NCBI GenBank assembly: GCA_023444045.1
Contig: JAEZRQ010000002.1
Location: 12,102-76,101, forward strand
Direction: 5' to 3'
Source: Candidatus Parcubacteria bacterium
GTDB taxonomy: Bacteria > Patescibacteriota > Patescibacteriia > Patescibacteriales > UBA12465
DNA: 64,000 nt
The position numbers and the translations under genes were made by a program. Below, in pieces: positions 41,154-50,411 of this stretch; within the stretch, counting starts at the first letter, position 1, and each line of letters opens with the position of its first letter. Under the pieces are notes generated by a model. That model was not told the DNA's origin. It searched no databases and saw only the letters and a list, made by a program, of their open reading frames with translations.

Positions 41154-43205
41154 ATGCTTACTTTAAAGACCCCCATCTCTGAACTTAAGGGGGTCGGTAA
41201 AATAAATAGTGCTAATTTGAAAAAGCTGGGCCTGAAAACAGCCGGGGATTTGTTATTTTATTTACCTTTTCGCTATGATAATTTTTCTGCTAAAAAGAAT
41301 ATCGCTAGCTTAAAAGATGGTGAAGCAGCCAATGTCATTGGCACAATTGATTTAATCCAGAATAAGAGAAGTTTTAAAAAGAGGATGCAAATCACTGAAG
41401 CTTTAATTTTTGATGATTCTGCTTATCTAAAAGTAATTTGGTTTAACCAAGCATTCATTGCTAGAAATTTAAAGGTTGGCGATCGGGTTTCTCTGGCTGG
41501 TAAGGTGAGGGAAAATTATGGACAACTAGAAATGGTTTCGCCCAATTATGAAAAAATTACTCAAGGAATACTAGCAAACACCCAAGGCTTGGTGCCAAAC
41601 TACCATAGCACCGAAAAGCTAAGCCAAAAACAGTTGAGAAATTTTATTAAACAAGTGCTGCCACTAGCCCAAAAAGTAGATGATTGGCTACCAGAATCTT
41701 TAAGAAAAAATTTAGGCTTAATTGATTTAGCATCCGCCCTTAGTAAGGTTCACTTCCCTAAAAATAATCAAGATATTTTAGCCAGTCAGAAAAGGCTGGC
41801 TTTTACCGAATTATTCTTGCGCCAAATAAAATCACAGAGTATTAAAAGACAATTAAAAAACTTAAGTGCTCCAATAATTAATTTTAAGGAAAAAGAAACT
41901 AGAAATTTTGTAAAAGGCCTGCCTTTTAATTTAACTGCTGACCAAAAGAAAGCTACTTGGGAAATATTACAAGACCTGGAAAAGAGCTCACCAATGTCTC
42001 GCTTGTTAGAAGGTGATGTTGGTAGCGGTAAAACATTAGTTGCTCTAATTGCTTTTCTAAATGTCTTTTTAAATAATAAACAGGGGGCATTAATGGCGCC
42101 AACAGAAATTTTAGCTAAACAACATTACCAAACAGCTTTAAAATTTTTAAAAAACTATCAAATAAAAATTGCTTTAATTACTGCCGGTGAAAAGACTAGT
42201 AATTTTAAGGCCGACAAAAAAGATTTACTTGTCGGTGCTGATTTAATTATTGGCACTCACGCTTTAATTCAAGACAAAATAAAAATTCCTCGCTTAGGAC
42301 TAGCTATTGTAGACGAACAACACCGTTTCGGAGTTAAACAAAGGCATAAAATTATTTCTTTAGAGGATAAGATGGCACCGCATTTTCTGTCAATGACCGC
42401 AACACCAATTCCACGATCACTAGCCTTGGCAATCTACGGCGATTTAGATTTATCCTTAATTAAAAGTTTGCCCAGTGGTAGGCAGCCAATTACCACTAAA
42501 ATAGTTAAAGAAAAAAATCGCGAAACGATGAATGATTTTATCCGCCAGGAAATAAAAGCGGGGCGCCAAGTTTATGTTGTCTGCCCATTAATTGATGAGT
42601 CTGATAAGTTAGGCGTTAAATCAGCTAAACTTGAGTTTGAAAAATTGCAAACTGACATTTTTAAAGAGTTTAAAGTGGGGCTGCTGCACGGAAAAATGAA
42701 AGCCAAAGAAAAAGAAGTTATTATGACTGACTTCTTAAACAATAAAATACAAATACTGGTGGCCACTTCCGTAATTGAAGTTGGTGTTGATGTCCCTAAC
42801 GCCACCATTATGATTATTGAGGGGGCTGAACGCTTTGGCCTATCACAACTACACCAATTTAGAGGTCGAGTCGGACGCAGCGATTTAAAATCATATTGTT
42901 TTTTAGTTCCTAGTTCTGATAATAGTAGTTCTAAAACCTTAGAAAGACTAGAAGCGTTGGTTAAAAATAATAGTGGCATGGAGCTGGCAAAAATAGATTT
43001 AGAGCTTCGCGGTGGCGGTGATTTATATGGAGTAGTTCAAAGTGGTTTTGATGAATTACAAATTGCTTCTCTATTTGATTATGAATTAATCAAGAAAGCG
43101 CGTGATGAAGCCACCGCAATCATTAAAGAAGATCCTGATTTAAAAAAACACCCAGTCATTAAAATGAAGCTGGGGGAGTGGGAAAATAAAATCCATCTAG
43201 AATAA
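41154..43205 (+). CDS. recG: ATP-dependent DNA helicase RecG
   Basis: Wedge domain plus SF2 helicase motifs GDVGSGKT, DEQHRFG, SATPIPR-like (SMTATPIPRS), QLHQFRGRVGR. The track's TTG start at 41136 lies inside the promoter; I use ATG 41154 (MLTLKTPI...). Confidence 0.95.
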   Translation: MLTLKTPISELKGVGKINSANLKKLGLKTAGDLLFYLPFRYDNFSAKKNIASLKDGEAANVIGTIDLIQNKRSFKKRMQITEALIFDDSAYLKVIWFNQAFIARNLKVGDRVSLAGKVRENYGQLEMVSPNYEKITQGILANTQGLVPNYHSTEKLSQKQLRNFIKQVLPLAQKVDDWLPESLRKNLGLIDLASALSKVHFPKNNQDILASQKRLAFTELFLRQIKSQSIKRQLKNLSAPIINFKEKETRNFVKGLPFNLTADQKKATWEILQDLEKSSPMSRLLEGDVGSGKTLVALIAFLNVFLNNKQGALMAPTEILAKQHYQTALKFLKNYQIKIALITAGEKTSNFKADKKDLLVGADLIIGTHALIQDKIKIPRLGLAIVDEQHRFGVKQRHKIISLEDKMAPHFLSMTATPIPRSLALAIYGDLDLSLIKSLPSGRQPITTKIVKEKNRETMNDFIRQEIKAGRQVYVVCPLIDESDKLGVKSAKLEFEKLQTDIFKEFKVGLLHGKMKAKEKEVIMTDFLNNKIQILVATSVIEVGVDVPNATIMIIEGAERFGLSQLHQFRGRVGRSDLKSYCFLVPSSDNSSSKTLERLEALVKNNSGMELAKIDLELRGGGDLYGVVQSGFDELQIASLFDYELIKKARDEATAIIKEDPDLKKHPVIKMKLGEWENKIHLE

Positions 43206-43260
43206 ATGGAATAAAAAAAATAAGGACCTTCATTACGAAAGTCCTTGTTTTTTATATTTT

Positions 43261-43620
43261 TTACTCTTCTCCAGGTTTAGCGGAGAAGAATTCCATGGTC
43301 CATTTTCCAAATTTTTCTTTTAAATCTTTTTTCTTGTTTTCATTTAAAATGAAATCAATAGAAAGAACTATAAGAGAAATTAATATCAAAATTTGGAAAA
43401 AACTTAACTTGGAAAAAGAAACGAAAGCTTGACTCCAAGAATCGAGTCCAGATAAACTTGTTGTTCCTTCTGCTGCCCAGCCTCCCAAAACAAGGAGGTA
43501 GATTAAGGAAATGACCATCCAGGCAGCACTTAAAGCGCCAACCCCAACGGTACTCCATTTAATAAAAATCCACGTCTTTCTCCAATTCAATTCTCTTAAA
43601 AAAAATTTGATTTTTTCCAT
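43261..43620 (-). CDS. Small membrane hypothetical protein
   Basis: 119 aa with 2-3 TM segments. No family recognised. Confidence 0.5.
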   Translation of the reverse strand: MEKIKFFLRELNWRKTWIFIKWSTVGVGALSAAWMVISLIYLLVLGGWAAEGTTSLSGLDSWSQAFVSFSKLSFFQILILISLIVLSIDFILNENKKKDLKEKFGKWTMEFFSAKPGEE

Positions 43621-43710
43621 GATATATAGATTTTAGTTGTTTACGTACTAATAGTGTAAAGATATTATATCATATTTAATAGCATTTGTCAATTGAGTCA
43701 ACACTGAGGT

Positions 43711-44901
43711 TTATTCGCTCTCTATTTTTTTGGCTAATATAAAGTATTTTTCTTGATTTTTTAGACCTAGAAATATTAAATTATACTCCCCGCCCTCTTT
43801 AATTTTTAAACGGTTCCTAATATCATCAGCGGTCATCCTGAAATTCTTGGTAATGATTTCCGCACGATCAATCTTTTGTTCTTTAATAAATTTTTTAAAT
43901 TGCTTTAAGGTAAACTGACCAGAACTTAAAACCAAAAATTTTCTGAAAATATTTTGCGAATCATTCATTAATTCATTACCGGTTAAAAAAGATAAATTGT
44001 AATCTAGCTTCTTAAGAGAAAAACTATGCGCCACCTCATCTATTAAATGAGCTTTGGAAATAGCTTTATCTGGTTCATATAAGTACTTAAGAGGTAAAGA
44101 TATTTCAACTGGTTCTATCTTTTCAGAATTAATAACCGAAAAATTTTTATCTTTCTTAAAACCAGTCGCTCGCCTGGCAGCAGTTTTCAAATCGCCAAAC
44201 CAAAGCAGTGCCACCTTGCAATTATTATCTTCTGAAATAACCTCTACTTCCGGTTCCAGGGGTAATAACTTTAATTCTTCATAATCAAAAGCTGGTGATA
44301 TCTTAACCGCTACATTCTTAGTAATTTCAAATAACTTAGGCAGAATTTCCAGTAGCGCTGGACTGGAATTTAAAATAGAGCGCGTTTTAGTAGCCCCTTC
44401 TCGGTCACGAGCGGGATCTAAGAAGAAAGCATCAACTTTTTTGATATTCAAATAAGCATCACCAACAATAAATTCTATTTTATCATCTACACCGTAAACT
44501 AAGGCGTTTTCTTTAGCACAATTTATCTTTTCCACCTCCAAATCAACCGCAACTACTTTTTTAACCTGGTCAGCCAAGAAAATAGCATTTGCCCCTAAAC
44601 CACAAGTTAGGTCCATTACCGTCCAATCTTTTTTAAAACGACTAGCTATGTAACGAGCGATTCTTTCACTAGTGGCTTGCTCCAAACTTAAAGAAGTAAA
44701 AAACATTTCCTCATTGCGACTGAATTTACCAGCTGCCTTGCGGCGCAATTTAATTAAAGAAACTAAACTACCAAAATAAGGACTAGCTCCTTTATCCTTT
44801 AAAATTAAAAGCTCCAGCTCCTGATCGCTTTTTAAACAGTGAGCATTATAAGCTGCTTGCCCTTCTTCTGATTTTAAGTATTTTAGTTCCAAATCTGTCA
44901 T
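43711..44901 (-). CDS. Class I SAM-dependent methyltransferase with C-terminal THUMP-like extension
   Basis: 396 aa. SAM motif I VMDLTCGLGANAIFLA and post-I/II motifs VVAVDLE, FLDPAR. Confidence 0.75.
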   Translation of the reverse strand: MTDLELKYLKSEEGQAAYNAHCLKSDQELELLILKDKGASPYFGSLVSLIKLRRKAAGKFSRNEEMFFTSLSLEQATSERIARYIASRFKKDWTVMDLTCGLGANAIFLADQVKKVVAVDLEVEKINCAKENALVYGVDDKIEFIVGDAYLNIKKVDAFFLDPARDREGATKTRSILNSSPALLEILPKLFEITKNVAVKISPAFDYEELKLLPLEPEVEVISEDNNCKVALLWFGDLKTAARRATGFKKDKNFSVINSEKIEPVEISLPLKYLYEPDKAISKAHLIDEVAHSFSLKKLDYNLSFLTGNELMNDSQNIFRKFLVLSSGQFTLKQFKKFIKEQKIDRAEIITKNFRMTADDIRNRLKIKEGGEYNLIFLGLKNQEKYFILAKKIESE

Positions 44902-44932
44902 ATTTTAATAAAATTAGCATACTATTTTTAGT

Positions 44933-44961
44933 TTGACAAACCCCTGTCTTGAGGGTAAAAT
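44933..44961 (+). promoter_or_regulatory. Promoter of the 45005 gene
   Basis: TTGACA (44933-44938), 17 nt, TAAAAT (44956-44961). Confidence 0.45.
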
Positions 44962-45004
44962 TTTAGTAGATATTTAGTATGTTGAACCTTTAAATTTATA
45001 TCCC

Positions 45005-45331
45005 ATGGCTGAAATTGAAAAAAGAGGCTACTTTGATTTTGAATGTAGTACGCCTAGCTACAAAAAAATCAAATGCATCATGAAAGATGGTGCAATTGTA
45101 ACGGCAAATTTTGACCGCTTACAAATCACTTACATCGGAACAGTAAGAATCTGGATAGATGAACTTAATAAGTTCGTTACTATCCAACAAATTCTTCCCA
45201 GCACAAATCCGGAAGATGAGAAGTATTATAGTTTTATCAGTAAAGAGATTGAAATGATTTCTTTAAAGAGAAAAGCTGAATTAAAAGAACACCAAAAAAG
45301 AAAACAAGACCGGCGCAGAATGTCGGCCTAA
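45005..45331 (+). CDS. Hypothetical protein
   Basis: 108-aa ORF with its own promoter and terminator and a basic C-terminal tail. No family recognised. Confidence 0.5.
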   Translation: MAEIEKRGYFDFECSTPSYKKIKCIMKDGAIVTANFDRLQITYIGTVRIWIDELNKFVTIQQILPSTNPEDEKYYSFISKEIEMISLKRKAELKEHQKRKQDRRRMSA

Positions 45332-45339
45332 AAAATAAA

Positions 45340-45376
45340 AAAGAGACTAATCATAACGATTAGTCTTCTTTTTTTA
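45340..45376. terminator. Bidirectional terminator
   Basis: agactaatc-ataac-gattagtct is a 9-bp perfect stem flanked by A/T runs. Confidence 0.75.
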
Positions 45377-46723
45377 CTTAATAAATTCCACTAGTTCTGC
45401 CAGATTTTTTATCTTAACGAGCTTTATTTTTTTAGTTTTCACTTCTACATTAGGAATAATTGCTTCTTTAAAGCCAAGTTTTTCGGCCTCCGCTAAGCGC
45501 TGTTCAATTCTAGAGACCGCCCTAATTTCACCACCTAAGCCAACTTCTCCCAGGACTAGAGTCTGACGGTCAAATGTTTTATTGCTATATGAAGAAATAA
45601 TCGCTGCACAAACTGCTAAATCAAGAGCGGGATCGTTAAGTCTTAGTCCGCCAACAATATTTAAAATAATATCCTGGCTGCTTAAATTAACTTTTGTTCT
45701 CTTGCTTAAAACCGCTGATAAAACCTGGAGGCGATTAAGATCAAAGCCGCTGGTTTTGCGTTGCGGGTAACCAAATACTGTTTTAGAAACCAGCGATTGG
45801 ATGTCTACTAAAAAAGAACGACTACCCTCAACCACACAGCCAATCACTGAACCAGCCAAATTGGCAAAATTAGCGTCTATAAAGACCAAACTGGGGTTTA
45901 AAACCTCTTTAAAGCCACTACCAGTCATTTCCATCACACCCAGCTCGTTAACTGAGCCAAAACGATTCTTACTGGCTCTTAACAAGCAATAATTGTTATT
46001 GTTTTCTGCCTCTAGATAAAGAACTGTATCAACGATGTGTTCTAGAGATTTAGGTCCAGCTACTTGGCCGTCTTTAGTAATGTGACCAATTAAAATAAAG
46101 GCAATATTATTTTCTTTAGCCACTTCTAAAAACTTAAGTGCCCCGGCCCTAATCTGGTTAATACTGCCCGCCTCAGACGGAATTAAAGAGGAATAAACTG
46201 TTTGAATAGAGTCAATAATCACTAAATCTGGTTTTGCTTTTAATAGTGAACTAATAATTTTTTCCACATTAGTCTCACCAATAAAGCTTAAATTATCTAA
46301 GGAGCAATTTAACCTCACTAGACGATCTTTTACTTGAGCAGCTGATTCTTCGCCGCTGACATAAATTACGTTTTTATCTTTAGCTAAAGCGTTGGCAATC
46401 TGAGCGACTAAAGTTGATTTACCAATTCCCGGCTCGCCACTTAAAATTACCAAAGACCCAGGAACCAGGCCACCACCTAAAACACGATCAACCTCTAAAA
46501 TCCCCGTCTCCAGCCTGGTTAAATTTAGGGTGTCAACTTTTTTTAAGTTAATTAAATTAGCACCTGATATTTTAGAAATAGTCTCATTTTTTATTTCCTC
46601 TTTTTTATCTATCACAGACTCACCTAAAGTACCCCAAGAACCACACTCTAAACAACGCCCACTCCATTTGGGAAATTGGGCGTCGCAATTTGAACAGACG
46701 TAAATTGTTTTAATATTTGACAT
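45374..46723 (-). CDS. radA: DNA repair protein RadA/Sms
   Basis: 449 aa. N-terminal zinc finger CSNCDAQFPKWSGRCLECGSWGT, Walker A GEPGIGKST, KNRFG motif, and a Lon-like C-terminal domain. Confidence 0.95.
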   Translation of the reverse strand: MSNIKTIYVCSNCDAQFPKWSGRCLECGSWGTLGESVIDKKEEIKNETISKISGANLINLKKVDTLNLTRLETGILEVDRVLGGGLVPGSLVILSGEPGIGKSTLVAQIANALAKDKNVIYVSGEESAAQVKDRLVRLNCSLDNLSFIGETNVEKIISSLLKAKPDLVIIDSIQTVYSSLIPSEAGSINQIRAGALKFLEVAKENNIAFILIGHITKDGQVAGPKSLEHIVDTVLYLEAENNNNYCLLRASKNRFGSVNELGVMEMTGSGFKEVLNPSLVFIDANFANLAGSVIGCVVEGSRSFLVDIQSLVSKTVFGYPQRKTSGFDLNRLQVLSAVLSKRTKVNLSSQDIILNIVGGLRLNDPALDLAVCAAIISSYSNKTFDRQTLVLGEVGLGGEIRAVSRIEQRLAEAEKLGFKEAIIPNVEVKTKKIKLVKIKNLAELVEFIK

Positions 46724-46753
46724 ATAGAAAAAGGAAGGAGAGGGTTCCGTAAA

Positions 46754-47359
46754 TTATTTTTCCCAATAAGCACCGTCAACTAACCATTCATTATTACTCT
46801 TTATCAAATCTAAAGTCATTTTTTGTTGATAAGCATCGCCCGGAGCATCGGCCCGAGTTTCTCTTCTTTCGGTGGTTACCTCAATTTTAGCACTATTTTC
46901 GCTGGAACTAATTACTTTAGTGGTTAGCGTTCTAGTAGTAATACCATAATATTCACCGCTGTATTTCTGAGATTTTAAATCAGCAACATAATCATCAGCC
47001 CAATCACGCATTGTTTCGGTCATAAAGATCTTTAAATCGGTAATATTGCTGTAATCTGATTGATTAGAAAATGATCCTAATCTTTCAGCAAAAGAAGATG
47101 ATAACTTAGCCGCATCATTTACCCCAACTAAATATGGATCTTCTTTAGATACATCATAAAGCTGGTAATTACGAGGGGCGTCACCCGGAGTAGTAGTTGG
47201 CGCTCCGCTATCTGGTAAAACTTCTTCAAGGGTTGAAGTAGCAATAGGACCATCAACACTTTGAGGCGCTTTCTTAAGAACCATCACCACAATAATAATA
47301 AGAATCAAAATTGCAATGACAATAATTAATAAGCCTACCTTTTTTCTATCTTCCATCAT
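46754..47359 (-). CDS. Membrane-anchored hypothetical protein, last gene of the T4SS-like cluster
   Basis: 201 aa with an N-terminal TM (VGLLIIVIAILILIIIVVMVL). Lies 11 nt downstream of the VirB4-like gene. Confidence 0.55.
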   Translation of the reverse strand: MMEDRKKVGLLIIVIAILILIIIVVMVLKKAPQSVDGPIATSTLEEVLPDSGAPTTTPGDAPRNYQLYDVSKEDPYLVGVNDAAKLSSSFAERLGSFSNQSDYSNITDLKIFMTETMRDWADDYVADLKSQKYSGEYYGITTRTLTTKVISSSENSAKIEVTTERRETRADAPGDAYQQKMTLDLIKSNNEWLVDGAYWEK

Positions 47360-47370
47360 ATATTTATTAA

Positions 47371-49275
47371 TTAATTATCTTTATTTTTTTGGGCTTCTTC
47401 AAACTGTCTTTTAGCCTCAGCAATTTCTAGTAACTGACGAGGGTCTGAAGTAATTAGCTGATCTTCCGAATAAGAGGCGACAATTTTAATAGCTACATGT
47501 TTATTGCCAGCAAAGAATATCCCTTCGCCAAGACCGCACTCTAAAAGCAAATATTTTTCACCTTCAGTTAATAAGAAAGTTTTTTGAACCAAATCAATAG
47601 CAGCCGGAGACTGTTTAAGTAATATCTGTAAAGAAGAGTTGTTAACAATAGCCTGTCCATAAGGAGAGGTTAAAAAGTCGTTCACATCCTGAGTAATAGT
47701 AGTAACACCCAAGTAATATTTGCGGCAACGTTTTACTAAAGCAAAAATAAATTTAGCAGAATCCTCATGTTGCATCATCCACCACGCCTCATCAATTACT
47801 AAAATTCTCTTTTTAGTTTCACTGCGAACCACATTCCAAATATAATTAACAATTGTATAAATTGCTACCGGACGAAGTTCATCTTCTAAGTCTCTTACCG
47901 AAAAAGCCACCATTTGATTATTCATCTCCACGTTAGTAGGATTATTTAGTAGACCCGCAAAAGTACCTTCGGTATATTTTTTTAAACGCAAAGCTAAATC
48001 GGCTCCACCTTCCATCCCTTCTAAAACCTGCTCAAAATCACTCATGATTGGCGGTTCAATATTAGATAGGTCAGAATCCGGAGTAATATCTTTTTTAGCA
48101 TAAGTTTCAAGTAGTGCTCTATCAATAATTGAATCTTCATCATAATTTAACTTCCCAAGCATGAGTCTCATTAAGCCTTTTAAGGTAATAACCGCACTTC
48201 TGATGATATCTTTAGGCTTAGCTTCTCCGCCAATTGAACGCGGTAAGTCAAAAGGATTAATTTTGTTTTCTGAAGCTAAAGAAATATTAATGTAGGTGCC
48301 ACCAACTGCTTCCGCTAAGTGTTTATATTCATATTCCGGGTCAATCACAATCACATCACTACCAAGCATCAGCGAACGAAGAACCTCTAGTTTAATGGCA
48401 TAACTTTTACCAGCACCGGAAGTCGCAAAAACTACTGAGTTAGCATTCTGCAAAGAAAAACGATCAAACAAAATTAAACTATTATTATGGCGATTAATAC
48501 CATATAAAATACCTTTATCACTAGTTAGCTCACTGGAAATAAAGGGGAAAGATGAGGCAATGGGTGAAGAATTCATGTTAAAGGTAATATAGAGTTCATC
48601 ATTGCCAACTGGTAGGGTGGAATTAAAGCCTTGTTCTGACTGAAAATAAACCCGGCGAGAATAAACTAAACGGGAACCTAAAATATCTTCAACTTGGTCG
48701 CTCATCCTATCAAGTTCCTCTAAATTTTCAGAATACAGGGTGATATAAAGAGAAAATTGAAAGAATTTTTCGGTGCCCTGCGTTAAAGCGTCTCTTAAAT
48801 ATTCAATATCATGTAAAGCGGTTTCGCGAAGTGGATCACGAGCCGCTCCTTTTTCCGCATCCGAGATTATCTGAGCGCCAATAGAACCAACTTTATTTTG
48901 TAGTTGTTTTAAAATAATAGAACTTTTGACTGGATAAAAGAACATGGAGACATCAAAAGTTAAGTTTAAATTAATGATCGGAGCAAACCAACCGACACTA
49001 ATATAACGGGGATAACCAACTACAAAAATAGTACGAACAAATTTATTACCTAAAACCAAGTGTTTAGCTTCAGCCTTTAAACTGGCTGGGGAAATTAAAT
49101 CACGAACAGACAGAACACCTCTTCTAAAGGCCTTTTCTTCTTCAATAATGATTTTATCTTTTTCACTATCAAAACTTAAACCAATCGCCGGTTCTTTAGG
49201 TTTGGGGACTAACTCACTAATGTTAGAATTTAGCCCAATCTTTTTTTGATTGTCTTCTTTTTTAAAATCTATCAT
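47371..49275 (-). CDS. virB4: VirB4/TrsE-family type IV secretion ATPase
   Basis: 634 aa. Walker A ATSGAGKSY, Walker B LVIDEAWWMM, and an upstream LGNKFVRTIFVVGYPRYISVGW segment typical of Gram-positive-type VirB4 homologues. Confidence 0.8.
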   Translation of the reverse strand: MIDFKKEDNQKKIGLNSNISELVPKPKEPAIGLSFDSEKDKIIIEEEKAFRRGVLSVRDLISPASLKAEAKHLVLGNKFVRTIFVVGYPRYISVGWFAPIINLNLTFDVSMFFYPVKSSIILKQLQNKVGSIGAQIISDAEKGAARDPLRETALHDIEYLRDALTQGTEKFFQFSLYITLYSENLEELDRMSDQVEDILGSRLVYSRRVYFQSEQGFNSTLPVGNDELYITFNMNSSPIASSFPFISSELTSDKGILYGINRHNNSLILFDRFSLQNANSVVFATSGAGKSYAIKLEVLRSLMLGSDVIVIDPEYEYKHLAEAVGGTYINISLASENKINPFDLPRSIGGEAKPKDIIRSAVITLKGLMRLMLGKLNYDEDSIIDRALLETYAKKDITPDSDLSNIEPPIMSDFEQVLEGMEGGADLALRLKKYTEGTFAGLLNNPTNVEMNNQMVAFSVRDLEDELRPVAIYTIVNYIWNVVRSETKKRILVIDEAWWMMQHEDSAKFIFALVKRCRKYYLGVTTITQDVNDFLTSPYGQAIVNNSSLQILLKQSPAAIDLVQKTFLLTEGEKYLLLECGLGEGIFFAGNKHVAIKIVASYSEDQLITSDPRQLLEIAEAKRQFEEAQKNKDN

Positions 49276-49952
49276 AGGTCTACTCTTAGTTTGTTTAGAT
49301 CAACCAACTTTTGATTTTTAGCAGTTTCAGGATTATATGTCCTATAATACAACTCAATTAAATCTTGAGTTTCTAAGCGACTGACAGCCACCCCCATAGA
49401 TTCCAAGCCTCCGGCAACACTATCAATTCGGCGCTCTAACATTTCCTGATATCTTCTAAAAATCTTCTCCTTTAAAATAATCATGTTAGCAGGACGAATA
49501 GCATCCTTAAAAGAACTAAAGAATCCTTTATGTCTATCAGTAGCTGGATCATAAGGGACAACAACGTAAAAACGTTTATTCATGATTTTGCCTAAGGAAG
49601 TTAACTCTTTAACATATTCAGTATATTCTCTAGTCTGCGCTTTTAATAATTTATTAGTCTGCTCCTTTTCCTTGCCACTTAAATATTCCAGGTAACCATT
49701 AATATCTAATTCCCTAGATTGAATTACAATTTGTAAAGTAAAGCTTAAGTTGTTTAAAAAACGAACATAAGAATCAATAACCGCGTTCTGCTCATCTTCG
49801 CTTTTTAGGGCAAAGTTAATACTAGAAACCAGAAGCACGGCTCTTAGAGTACCATCTTTCATAATTACCACATCATCTTTAATCTCAGCAATGTCTAAAT
49901 ACTCTTGAGTTGAAGCGCTAACATTATTTTGATTTAGTTTCTTTTCAGGCAT
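49272..49952 (-). CDS. T4SS-associated protein, possibly a separately encoded VirB4 N-terminal-like domain
   Basis: 226 aa with a 4-nt overlap with the virB4-like gene. TQEYLDIAEIKDDVVIMKDGTLRAVLLVSSINFALKSEDEQNAVIDSYVRFLN resembles the N-terminal region of conjugative VirB4/TraE-type proteins. This is judged from memory of the pattern only. Confidence 0.4.
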   Translation of the reverse strand: MPEKKLNQNNVSASTQEYLDIAEIKDDVVIMKDGTLRAVLLVSSINFALKSEDEQNAVIDSYVRFLNNLSFTLQIVIQSRELDINGYLEYLSGKEKEQTNKLLKAQTREYTEYVKELTSLGKIMNKRFYVVVPYDPATDRHKGFFSSFKDAIRPANMIILKEKIFRRYQEMLERRIDSVAGGLESMGVAVSRLETQDLIELYYRTYNPETAKNQKLVDLNKLRVDL

Positions 49953-49955
49953 AAG

Positions 49956-50408
49956 CTAGTTAATTATTTCAAAATCACTTTCATCATTATAAGTACCACT
50001 ATATTCTCCTTTAGTATCAACAATTAAAGATAATTCCGCTAGTTTTGATTTTTCGTAGTATTCTTTAGTTGATCTAGTAGAATCAAACTTTATAGTGGGA
50101 ATCTTTTCCTCATTAATCTCTGGAGCTAAACGATTGTTCCAAACTCTAATAACTGGGCGACGCCAAGTCTGAATAATATTTAACATAAAGAAATGAAAAG
50201 GGCGGCTATTAATTTTCACGAAGCCAAATAGAACTGCTAAAATAAAAATTATAACCGAAAGAACAATAAATAAAGAAAAATCAAACAGTTTGTAAAAAAT
50301 AGCGATAACCACCGCCGCCACTAAAAAAATGATAAATTGTCTGGCAGTGATTGGCCCAATAATTTTATCTTCAACATCAATAAATTGTGGAACCGTAAAC
50401 TGTTGCAT
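49956..50408 (-). CDS. PrgI-family (VirB3-like) T4SS membrane protein
   Basis: 150 aa. TVPQFIDVEDKIIGPITARQFIIF followed by two TM helices is the PrgI-family signature. Lies immediately upstream of the ATPase genes. Confidence 0.65.
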   Translation of the reverse strand: MQQFTVPQFIDVEDKIIGPITARQFIIFLVAAVVIAIFYKLFDFSLFIVLSVIIFILAVLFGFVKINSRPFHFFMLNIIQTWRRPVIRVWNNRLAPEINEEKIPTIKFDSTRSTKEYYEKSKLAELSLIVDTKGEYSGTYNDESDFEIIN

Positions 50409-50411
50409 ATA

